A stretch of DNA of 64,000 bases, taken from an uncultured delta proteobacterium (GTDB lineage: Bacteria; Myxococcota_A; UBA9160; SMWR01). The DNA is taken from NCBI GenBank assembly GCA_963832165.1, contig CAWHTE010000011.1, forward strand, positions 672,001 through 736,000, in the 5' to 3' direction. The stretch's first letter is position 1; the number at the start of each line of letters is the position of its first letter. The notes under the pieces are model-generated. The model searched no databases, was not told where the DNA came from, and was given only the letters and a program-made list of their open reading frames with translations. Position numbers and translations under genes: made by a program. This document shows positions 48,391 through 56,985 of this stretch, piece after piece.

Positions 48391-48575
48391 GCCAGCCGCC
48401 AGCGCGGGCCCAGGTTGCCGAGAGCGTCGTCCATCTTCGCGACACAGCGTGCCATGAACGATGGGACGAGCGATAGCACACGGACCGAGGTGTACATCTC
48501 TTCACTATTCGAAGACGGTCGCGTCCACTGTAGACTCCTTCGACTGTTCGGCGGGGAGACGTGCGGAGGATTCGA

Positions 48576-49550
48576 GTGGCGAGCATCGATCTCGGTGGTC
48601 AGGCGGCGATCGTAACGGGTGCGGGACGCGGGATCGGGCGGGCGCACGCGATCATGCTCGGCGCACGCGGTGCCGGCGTGGTGGTGAACGACATCGGAAC
48701 GGAGATCGACGGATCCGGCGGCGATCGCAGCGTCGCCGAGGCGGTCGCCGAGGAGGTTCGCGCCGCGGGCGGAAAGGCCGTTGCCTCGACCGCCGACGTT
48801 GCGACGCCGGAAGGCGGAGCCGATATGGTGCGCCAGTGCCTCGACGCATTCGGCCGGGTCGACATGCTGGTGCACAACGCCGGGATCGTGGTCGGCGCGG
48901 CGTTCGCCGAGCAGTCGCTGGTCGATGTCCGTCGCACGATCGACCTCCACCTGATGGGCGCCTACCACGTCGGTCAGCCGGCCTATCGCGAGATGATCGC
49001 GCGCAAGTACGGCAGGATCGTGTTCACGACGTCGGGCGCGATCTTCGGTCACCCGATGGTGCACGCTTACGCCGCTGCGAAGCTCGCACTGGTCGCGCTG
49101 GCACGCTGCGTCCACGAGGAGTCGCGCATGGCCGGGCTGGACATCAAGGTGAACGTGATGGGACCGATCGCCGCGACGCGGATGGCACGCGACACGCAGA
49201 AGCAGCGCTTCGGGGACCTCATGGATCCCACCAACGTGGCGGCGGTGGTGACCTATCTCTTGAGTCCACAGTGCGCCGTCAGCGGAGAGACTTTCCAGGC
49301 CGGCGGAAGCCACGCGGCGCGGATCTTCCTCGGTATGACTCGCGGCTGGGCATCGGGCAAGACGGGCCTGCAACCGGAAGAGGTGGCCCGCCACCTCGAC
49401 GACGTCATGGCTCTGGAGGATTACCTGATCCCCGAGAACGGCAACGCCGCCACCGACGCCGTCTACTCTCGCGCGACCGGGCGCGCTGATCAGATGACCT
49501 ATCAGGAGATCATGCCGAAGGCATCGCGCGAGCTGCAGGACAAGCGTTGA
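48576..49550 (+). CDS. SDR family oxidoreductase (peroxisomal MFE-2 dehydrogenase-like)
   Basis: TGAGRGIG, VVVNDIG, HNAG, YAAAK; GGAGGA RBS. Confidence 0.92.
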   Translation: MASIDLGGQAAIVTGAGRGIGRAHAIMLGARGAGVVVNDIGTEIDGSGGDRSVAEAVAEEVRAAGGKAVASTADVATPEGGADMVRQCLDAFGRVDMLVHNAGIVVGAAFAEQSLVDVRRTIDLHLMGAYHVGQPAYREMIARKYGRIVFTTSGAIFGHPMVHAYAAAKLALVALARCVHEESRMAGLDIKVNVMGPIAATRMARDTQKQRFGDLMDPTNVAAVVTYLLSPQCAVSGETFQAGGSHAARIFLGMTRGWASGKTGLQPEEVARHLDDVMALEDYLIPENGNAATDAVYSRATGRADQMTYQEIMPKASRELQDKR

Positions 49551-50562
49551 GCGCGGGGAGCACGCACTCACTGACCTGTGCCAGGCTCTCCGCTACGGCC
49601 CGAGCGTCGCTGAAGCGCGACTGAGGGGTGATGACGAAGTGTCCCAGGCCGAGCCCGGCGAGCTCGGCCAGGCGATCCACGCATTGTTGCGCCGAGCCGA
49701 CCACCGCGAAGCGATCGATGAACCCGTCGTCGAGCAGCATGGCCTGCGGCGACTTGGCCTGACCATGTCCTCCGTCCATGTCGTATGCGCGCAAGAGCGC
49801 TTCCATGACGCCTCGGTCCTCGGCGGGAACGTCGTCGAGCGGCTTCCCGGCCATGCCCGAGAAGCGGGCGAAGCCCGACACACCGCCGCGTACCATGTCC
49901 CGCGCAACTCGGGGATCGGGGTGGACGGCCAGATTCACGAATGCACCCAGCCCGATGCCCGCAGGATCGAGCCCTGCCTCCTCGCGAGCGCTCCGTGCCA
50001 GGGCCACGGCGCGTTGGATGCGAATGGAGCTCGCGCCGATGTTGAAGCTGATGCGGTCGGCATGCACGGCGGCGATCGCGATCACTCGCGGGCCGGTTGC
50101 GCTGATATCGAGCGGAACCTTGGGAAGCCCGCTGGAGGACAACCACTCGATCCGGCGTTCCGCCCCAGCGACCGCGACCGTTTCGCCTCGCAGGTAGCGC
50201 TGAACCTCCCGGACGTAGGTCTCGAACTCCCGCACGGGCATCGGTGGGCGTCCGAGGAAGGCGTGAGCCGAGTCTCCCCGTCCGAGACCGAATAGCGCCC
50301 TGCCGCCGGTAACCCATTGCAGAGAAGCCGCCTGGGAGGCGTGCAGCGCCGGATGACGCGTGCCGGGGTTCGAACAGCCTTGGCCGAGACGCAGGACGCG
50401 CGTGGCTCCCGCCAGCGAGGCCAGGACGACGTAGGGGTCAGGGGTGACGTACTGGTTCTCGGGCAAGAGAATGCCCGTCCATCCATCCTCTTCTGCTCGA
50501 CGCGCCCTGTCGTATAGGTCCTCGTAGGGCGGAAATGCATGCAACCAGAACTCGGCTGCCAT
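49510..50562 (-). CDS. LLM class oxidoreductase (Mer-like)
   Basis: DPYVVL, NPGTRHP, GRALFGLGRGDSA, ISATGPR, FAVVGSAQQC. Confidence 0.88.
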   Translation of the reverse strand: MAAEFWLHAFPPYEDLYDRARRAEEDGWTGILLPENQYVTPDPYVVLASLAGATRVLRLGQGCSNPGTRHPALHASQAASLQWVTGGRALFGLGRGDSAHAFLGRPPMPVREFETYVREVQRYLRGETVAVAGAERRIEWLSSSGLPKVPLDISATGPRVIAIAAVHADRISFNIGASSIRIQRAVALARSAREEAGLDPAGIGLGAFVNLAVHPDPRVARDMVRGGVSGFARFSGMAGKPLDDVPAEDRGVMEALLRAYDMDGGHGQAKSPQAMLLDDGFIDRFAVVGSAQQCVDRLAELAGLGLGHFVITPQSRFSDARAVAESLAQVSECVLPALNACPAARAMPSA

Positions 50563-50590
50563 CGCGGCCTCCTTCCACGAAACGTGACGA

Positions 50591-51025
50591 CTAGCGCGGC
50601 AGCCGGACTACTGCCGTACCCGTCGTGACCTGTGTTCCATCGCTCTTCGCGATCTCGATCGACCATTCCACGTCGCCTGCGTCGTCCGCCTCGCGCAGCG
50701 CAGTCACGCGTGCGGTGACGTCGAGCACGACGCCCACGTTCGCAGTGGCCATGTGCCGGAATCCGAGCCTGCGAAGACAGCCGGGGTCCCCAGCCCAGCG
50801 TGTGAGCATGCGGTCCACCCAGGCGTACATGTGCGAGCCCATCACGAGGACGTCATCGAACCCGTCGTGGCGCGCCCACTCGCGGTCGTAGTGGATCCGA
50901 TGCGATCCCCACCAGGCGACCCCCATCAGGAACGACGCGAGGTTGGACGTCTGCTCGCGATGCCGGAGCTCCTCGCCGAGCGCTACGTCGCCGAATCGGC
51001 GCGCCATCTGCGGTGCATCGCTCAT
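50591..51025 (-). CDS. MaoC/hotdog-fold dehydratase subunit
   Basis: FGDVALGEEL, SHRIHYDREWA..GFDDVLVMG. Confidence 0.85.
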   Translation of the reverse strand: MSDAPQMARRFGDVALGEELRHREQTSNLASFLMGVAWWGSHRIHYDREWARHDGFDDVLVMGSHMYAWVDRMLTRWAGDPGCLRRLGFRHMATANVGVVLDVTARVTALREADDAGDVEWSIEIAKSDGTQVTTGTAVVRLPR

Positions 51026-51513
51026 CGGAAGATGATCGTCTGGATGTCGCGGGCCACGAACTCGCCGCGCTGGTTGGTGTGCTGTGATTCCTTCTTCACG
51101 ACGATGAGCTTGCCCTTGCGCCCCTGCTTCTCCTCGATGCTCGCGACCTTCTCGCGCACGGTGATCACGTCTCCGGGCCGGATCGGCACGCCCAACTCGA
51201 TGTCCCAGCCCGCAAGCACCGATACTCCGTGGAGACCCGGAAGCATCAAGTCGTCGTACTGGCCGTCCTCGAGCAGGCGCGAGATCGGAACCACGCGTCG
51301 CGAGGCCACCAGGAAGAAGAGCGGTGGCGCGACGATCCCCTCGTATTGCGTTCGTCGGGCAAACGCCTCGTCGAAGTAGAGCGGATTCCAGTCGTCGGCG
51401 CCTGCGAGATACTCCTTGATGTGTCGGAGCGACACCGGGTCGGACACGCGCACGCCCTCGCGTCCGAGCTGATCCCAGGCCTCTTCGCTGACGTAAGGTG
51501 TCTCGGGCACCAC
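51022..51513 (-). CDS. MaoC-like (FAS1-type N-terminal) dehydratase subunit
   Basis: DDWNPLYFDEAFA, GIVAPP, PIRPGDVI, TNQRGE; ATGA overlap with its partner. Confidence 0.85.
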   Translation of the reverse strand: MVPETPYVSEEAWDQLGREGVRVSDPVSLRHIKEYLAGADDWNPLYFDEAFARRTQYEGIVAPPLFFLVASRRVVPISRLLEDGQYDDLMLPGLHGVSVLAGWDIELGVPIRPGDVITVREKVASIEEKQGRKGKLIVVKKESQHTNQRGEFVARDIQTIIFR

Positions 51514-51516
51514 TCT

Positions 51517-52791
51517 TCAGGCCTCGCTTCGGCGCGGGGGATGCGTGCGGGCGTCCGCGGGCTCGAAACCGAAGACGCGAAGTGCATTGGCGCGCGTCAC
51601 GCGCTCGAAAGCGGAGTCGTCGAGGTGCGCCAGTGAATCCGCGAGGTATTTGCGCGTGTCCGGCCAGCTCGTGTCGGGATGCGGATAGTCGGTCTCGAGC
51701 ATGCAGTTGTCGACGCCGATCTCCGCGATCTGCCGGGTCCCAAAGCGTTCGAACGGCAGGAACCATCCGAACACGTGGTCCGCGAAGTAGTGGCTCGGCG
51801 GGTGCGGGAGAGGGCTGCCCCATATCCGCCGATGGCGATGCCAAACGTAGTCGGCGTGCTCAAGCGCGAACGGGATCCAGCCGATCTTGCCCTCGGCGAG
51901 CACGAGCGACAGCCGTGGGAAACGTTCGAACACGCCCGACAGGATCCAGTCGAAGAAGGTGATCGGCGGCAGCGCGCCCGCCATCGCGAGTGCCACGCTC
52001 ACGGGCTGCGTCTTCGGGGTCGGCGGCAGCCACCACGACGCGCCGACATGAATGCAGATCGGCATCTGCGCCTCCTGAGCCGCGTCGAACAGTGCATCCC
52101 AGGGGCGATCGGGATCATGGAGTGACGGCAGACCCATCCGGAACGGATCCTCGGGAAAGGTGATCGCGCGGGCGCCCTTCGCAGCGACCCTGCGCGCCTC
52201 AGCTGCGGCCAGTGCACCGTCCCATAGCGGCAGGCACGTGACGGGTACGTAGCGACCCGGCGCCGCTCCGGCCCACGCGTCGACGACAAAGTCGTTGTAC
52301 GCCGCGATGCAGAGCCGGGTCAGCTCGCGGTCGGCACTCTTGAGGACGAGGTGGCCGCAGTAGCTCGGGAACTCGACCATCGGAAAGCAGACTGAAGCCG
52401 TGATTCCGTCGCGATCGAGCGCTTCGAGGCGCGCGACCGGATCCGTGAACCGCCTCGGCGCGTCGCGATACGAGAACGCCCGCAGCGTCCGGGCGCTCAT
52501 CGACTCGGTGTCGTCGACGAGCGAAGACGCGGAAGTGGGAAAGAGCTGGCCGTCGTACGACCATGCGTCGCCGGGCAGCTCCGCGCCCGTCTGTCGATCG
52601 CGCGCGAGCGTGTTGGCCAGCTCCTGCTCGGAGAGAAATTCGTGCAGAAGACCGCGGGCCGTCGGCTCCATCTCCACGACGCGCGGTTCGCGGTCGCGGT
52701 ACTTCGCGGGAAGCCGATCCGAGAATGCATCCGGCGGCAGCACGACGTGGTCGTTGGCCGAAACGAAGCCGCATTCACTCCGGTTCATCAC
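51517..52791 (-). CDS. Amidohydrolase family 2 protein
   Basis: SANDHVV, AYNDF, IHVG, AEGKIGW, ETDYPHPDTSWP. Confidence 0.88.
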   Translation of the reverse strand: MMNRSECGFVSANDHVVLPPDAFSDRLPAKYRDREPRVVEMEPTARGLLHEFLSEQELANTLARDRQTGAELPGDAWSYDGQLFPTSASSLVDDTESMSARTLRAFSYRDAPRRFTDPVARLEALDRDGITASVCFPMVEFPSYCGHLVLKSADRELTRLCIAAYNDFVVDAWAGAAPGRYVPVTCLPLWDGALAAAEARRVAAKGARAITFPEDPFRMGLPSLHDPDRPWDALFDAAQEAQMPICIHVGASWWLPPTPKTQPVSVALAMAGALPPITFFDWILSGVFERFPRLSLVLAEGKIGWIPFALEHADYVWHRHRRIWGSPLPHPPSHYFADHVFGWFLPFERFGTRQIAEIGVDNCMLETDYPHPDTSWPDTRKYLADSLAHLDDSAFERVTRANALRVFGFEPADARTHPPRRSEA

Positions 52792-54032
52792 GAGCGGACC
52801 CCCTCGCGCCAGGCCAGGCGCAATCGCTTCGGCCCCCGGATCACCACAGAATCGACATAGTCGAGCACGGGTTCGCATCGAACCAGGTCGCCGAGGTGCG
52901 GCAGCAGCGCCTCGAGCAGGAGCCGACCTTCGAGGCGCGCGAGCGAGGCGCCCAGGCAGAAGTGGATGCCGAAGCCGAACGCGAGATGGCCTTGTGCGTC
53001 GCGCCTGACGTCGAAGCGGTCGGGATCGTCGAAGCGCTTGTCGTCGCGATTCGCGGATCCCTGCAGCGGCATCACGAGCGTCCCGGCCGGCAGCACGCGA
53101 CCTGCGATCTCCACGGCGCGCGTCGCACAGCGCACGAGCGCCTGCGACGGTGAGTCGTAACGGAGCGCCTCTTCGAGTGCCGGCTCCACGAGCGACGGAT
53201 CGGCGAGAACGCATTCCGCCTGCTGCGGGTGGTCGAGGAACGCGAGCACGAGATTCGACAGGAAGTTGGCGGTGTTCTCGTAGCCCGCGACCAGGAGCAT
53301 GAATACGAAGACGAGCACCTCGGCCGGTGTGAGGTCGGCATCGCCGGCCCGGACCACGGCGCTGATCAGATCCGGGCCCGGTTGCGTGCGGCGGCGCTCG
53401 ATCACGGGTACGAAGTACGCGGCGAACTCCTCGAACGAGGCAGCGAGCGCGGCCTCGGATCGCTCGCCCGCGCCCGTGGCGCCGTGGATCAGCGCGTCCG
53501 ACCAACGCTCGAAGTCGGCCCTGCGCTCCGTCTCGACGCCGAGGAGCTCCGCGGTGACGATCACGGGGAGCTCCATCGCGATCTCGCCGGCGAAGTCGAA
53601 CGTGTCGCGCGCGCGCGCGCGCGCGATCGCGGCCTCGATCACCTCGCGGATCCACGGCTCCAGCTTGGACACGCGCCGCGGCGTGAAGGCGCGGTTGACG
53701 ATCGCGCGCAGCGGCGGGTGAGCCGGTGGATCTTCCCCGACCAGCAGGCGCGCGCTGCGAAGCGCCGTGGGACCGAACGCTCCTGCGGAGTGGGCCGTGT
53801 TCGTGCGCGTCTGTGCGTCAAGCCCGATGCCCGCGAGCATCTGTGCCTTCCACGGCGCCGACGAGAACAGGTCGGTCCGCTTCAGCACGAACAGCACATC
53901 GTCGTAGCGCGAGATCAGGAACCATGGAGCACCGTCGGGTCGGTAGACCGGCGCGTGGCGCCGCAGCTCCGCATAGTGCGGATACGGATCGCGGCGCAGT
54001 TCGGTGCAGAAGGGGTCGAAGATCGGGTCCAT
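52788..54032 (-). CDS. Cytochrome P450
   Basis: DPPAH..LR, AGYENT I-helix, EEALRY, FGFGIHFCLG heme motif. Confidence 0.95.
   Translation of the reverse strand: MDPIFDPFCTELRRDPYPHYAELRRHAPVYRPDGAPWFLISRYDDVLFVLKRTDLFSSAPWKAQMLAGIGLDAQTRTNTAHSAGAFGPTALRSARLLVGEDPPAHPPLRAIVNRAFTPRRVSKLEPWIREVIEAAIARARARDTFDFAGEIAMELPVIVTAELLGVETERRADFERWSDALIHGATGAGERSEAALAASFEEFAAYFVPVIERRRTQPGPDLISAVVRAGDADLTPAEVLVFVFMLLVAGYENTANFLSNLVLAFLDHPQQAECVLADPSLVEPALEEALRYDSPSQALVRCATRAVEIAGRVLPAGTLVMPLQGSANRDDKRFDDPDRFDVRRDAQGHLAFGFGIHFCLGASLARLEGRLLLEALLPHLGDLVRCEPVLDYVDSVVIRGPKRLRLAWREGVRS
53606..53625. repeat. (CG)10 dinucleotide tract inside the P450 gene
   Basis: 20-nt perfect alternating CG, read as ARARAR. 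Confidence 0.9.
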
Positions 54033-54056
54033 CTCGGCTCCCAGAACAGTGCTACG

Positions 54057-55451
54057 TCAGTCGGCCGCGCCCTCGTCCGCTACCCAGCGGACGAAGCGAT
54101 GCACGGGAACCATCGCGTCGTGCGGAAGACCGAAGCCGCTGCCCTCCATCCCCCCGCCGAGCGGAACGATGCGCTGCACTCCGGCCGCCGCCAACGCATC
54201 GCGCAGCGCCGTCTTGCGCGCCGGCGGATACACCCCGACGGTCTGCGTCGCGACGCTCGCGTAGCGCACCGCGTCGGCGAGATCCTCGACGGGTATCACG
54301 TTCACGGTCTTGGCGGTGGGATGGAAGTCGACCGGCTCGTCGGAGCGCACGACGAGCCCGCGCCCGTCGTAGCTGCCGAACACCCCGTAGATCGGCTCCA
54401 TCTCGCGCAGGACCTCGACCTCGTCGCGGAGCTCGAGCGGCGTTGCGGGTCCGCGCCCGGCCCCGTACGGGCGATCGATCGCGAGCTCCTCGGCCAGCAG
54501 CGCGCAGTAGCGATCGACATCCTCGACGCTCCCCTCTACGAACTGGTGGCGGCTGGCCGTGCAGGCATCCTGGTTGAGCACCGAGACGTCGGTCGCAGCC
54601 AGCGCGGCCACCTCGCGAAGCGTGGCCTCCGAGGCAAAGGCTTCGCGGCCGATCAGCGACATCGAGACCTTCGGGTCGAACGTGATCAGCTCGAATCCCG
54701 GGCCGAGATACTTCACCGCGTGTCGGATCGCGGCTTCGCCGCCCCACGCCACGAGCTTGTCGAAATACTGCGGTCGGTACAGGATCGATTCGACGCGCTC
54801 GTCTCCGCCGCGCCAGTACGCGGCCGAGAAGGAGCGCAGCACGGGGTGCTTCGGATCGATCTGGCCCATCGTGCGCAGGATCGCGGTGGCCGTGAACAGG
54901 TCGTTCGACGGCAGCTTGAGCAGATGCACGCCCTTCGTGAGCGCGCCGCGACCGATCGTGATCGCGGCCACGCCGGGTCCGTTTCCGGCCAGGATGTGCA
55001 CGATGCGCGGCGGGAACGCGCGCACACGCGAAACGCGTCCGCCCGGCTCGTGCACCGCGCGCCAACCGTCGAGCGCATCGCGGCCGATCGTCTGCTCGAT
55101 CTCGAATTCGAGCAGCTCCCGATCCATGAACTTTCCGAGATCGCGATAGCAGTTCTCGAGGATGCGCCGGCCGAGTGGATTGACCTGGACCATCGAAGCC
55201 AGCGCTTCCTGGAGGAACTCGTTGCGGTCGAGGTCGAGGCGTTCGCCCGTCTCCACGAGCAGATCGACGATCTCGGTCACGGGCACGGCGGCCGCGGGCG
55301 GCGGTTCGGAGCGCGGCCATACGAGCTCGTCGAGATCGAGCTTCGGCGTGGCGAAGTCAGCGCCCACGTCGCGCGACTTGTACTCGGTGTCGGCCCCGTG
55401 CACGGTGCGGCCCTGGATGACGTGAGGGACGGTGAGCCTGGCGGTTCCCAT
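54057..55451 (-). CDS. LuxC-like acyl-CoA/acyl-protein reductase
   Basis: VHILAGNGP, LLKLPSND, VAWGGEAAI, FDPKVS, NQDACTAS (catalytic Cys), PHDAM..V.W. Confidence 0.85.
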   Translation of the reverse strand: MGTARLTVPHVIQGRTVHGADTEYKSRDVGADFATPKLDLDELVWPRSEPPPAAAVPVTEIVDLLVETGERLDLDRNEFLQEALASMVQVNPLGRRILENCYRDLGKFMDRELLEFEIEQTIGRDALDGWRAVHEPGGRVSRVRAFPPRIVHILAGNGPGVAAITIGRGALTKGVHLLKLPSNDLFTATAILRTMGQIDPKHPVLRSFSAAYWRGGDERVESILYRPQYFDKLVAWGGEAAIRHAVKYLGPGFELITFDPKVSMSLIGREAFASEATLREVAALAATDVSVLNQDACTASRHQFVEGSVEDVDRYCALLAEELAIDRPYGAGRGPATPLELRDEVEVLREMEPIYGVFGSYDGRGLVVRSDEPVDFHPTAKTVNVIPVEDLADAVRYASVATQTVGVYPPARKTALRDALAAAGVQRIVPLGGGMEGSGFGLPHDAMVPVHRFVRWVADEGAAD

Positions 55452-55525
55452 CGGGGCCCCTTCGGCCGTCGCGCATGGCGCGAGCGCCGGTGCTGTTCGA
55501 GACCGTTTGACGACACAACTGGCTT

Positions 55526-56800
55526 TCAAGCGGGCCGCGGCGCGGGCTGGACCGGACTTTGCAGCCCGGGTCCGCGGGCCGGACCGAGCAGCGCGACGCC
55601 CGCCAGCGCGGCCAGCAGCAGCGCGATGAACGCCTGCAGGGCGAATGTATAGGTGCCGGTCTGGTCGTGTACGTAACCCGCGAATGGCGCTCCCGCGAGC
55701 AGGAGTGGTTGCTTGGCCAGGAAGCTGAGGCCCATGACGCGCCCGACTGCGCCGCGGCCGAATGCGTCTGCCACGAGCGCCGACCACGAAGGCACCAGGC
55801 CGCCCGTGGCGAGCCCCAACCCCGCGCTCGCGAGTACCACGCCCGCGACGCTCGGATCCGTCCATAGCACCACCGTCGCGAGTATCGCAGCGAGGACGCT
55901 GGCCGCGAGTGCGTACCGCACATCGATCCGGTCGGCGACGAGCGCAAAGCCGAGCTTTCCGGCGATGCCCGCCGCGGCAAGACACGACATCAGCGCCGCA
56001 GCCATTCCGGTGGAGAGCCCGCGATCGAGCGCGTACGGGACGAGGTGTGCGATCACGCCGCCGAGGGATCCCATCGTGAGCCCGAGGACGACGGCGAGCA
56101 CCCAGAACACGCGCGTGCCCGCGATGGTGCGCGTCGTCCAGGGATCGGACCGCGGCGCCACAGTCGCGCCGCTCGGGCCTGGTTCACCGTCGGGCAGGAT
56201 TCCGAGCTCGACGGGGCGGTCTCGCACGACGATCCACAGCAGGGGGATCAGCAGCGCGGCGGCACCGATGCCGAAGACCTCCAGCGCCACGCGCCACCCG
56301 AAGCGATCGATCAACAGTGCGAGCAGCGGCGGGATCGCGAGGCCACCTAGCGACGTGCCGGCCGCGGAGATCCCGAGCGCCCGCCCTAGCCGCTGCTCGA
56401 ACCAGTTTGCGGCGAGCTTGGTTGCGCTGAGCGGGCCCAGGATCGCACACCCCGGGGCGATGAAGACGACCGTGATCAACGCCAGCTGCCAGAGCGCGCT
56501 CGCGACACCCATCGCTGCGACGCCTGCACCTAGCAGGATCGCACCCCAGAGCATCGCGTAGCGCGCCGAGCCGGCGTCGAGCCAGCGCCCGATCACGGGT
56601 GAGACCAGTGCCTGACTACCCAGCACGAGCGTGGGACCTAGCGAGATCAGGGTTCGCGAAGCCTCGAACTCGGCCGCGATCGGCTTCAGGAAGAAGCCGA
56701 ACGAGTAGGAGTTCACCGCGGTGGCAATTCCCTGCGCCACCATCGTGGCCATCACGATGTTCCAGCCGTAGAACCACGGCGGGCGCGAGTCCACGAGCAC
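55526..56800 (-). CDS. MFS transporter
   Basis: FYGW, NWFEQRLGRALGI, about 12 TM segments. Confidence 0.9.
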   Translation of the reverse strand: MLVDSRPPWFYGWNIVMATMVAQGIATAVNSYSFGFFLKPIAAEFEASRTLISLGPTLVLGSQALVSPVIGRWLDAGSARYAMLWGAILLGAGVAAMGVASALWQLALITVVFIAPGCAILGPLSATKLAANWFEQRLGRALGISAAGTSLGGLAIPPLLALLIDRFGWRVALEVFGIGAAALLIPLLWIVVRDRPVELGILPDGEPGPSGATVAPRSDPWTTRTIAGTRVFWVLAVVLGLTMGSLGGVIAHLVPYALDRGLSTGMAAALMSCLAAAGIAGKLGFALVADRIDVRYALAASVLAAILATVVLWTDPSVAGVVLASAGLGLATGGLVPSWSALVADAFGRGAVGRVMGLSFLAKQPLLLAGAPFAGYVHDQTGTYTFALQAFIALLLAALAGVALLGPARGPGLQSPVQPAPRPA

Positions 56801-56985
56801 CTCCGCTCCACCGACCTGCGGGCGGCGTTACAGATTCGTACTATACATCACGGTATGTGGATGATGGGAGTCTTATTTCGGCTCATCGGCCCGTAGAATG
56901 CCCGATATACGGCCTTCTGCGCGGACTGTATTTATAGGCGAATGAGTCATATAATCGAACCAGAACGCCCGCCGCGAGGATCCGC

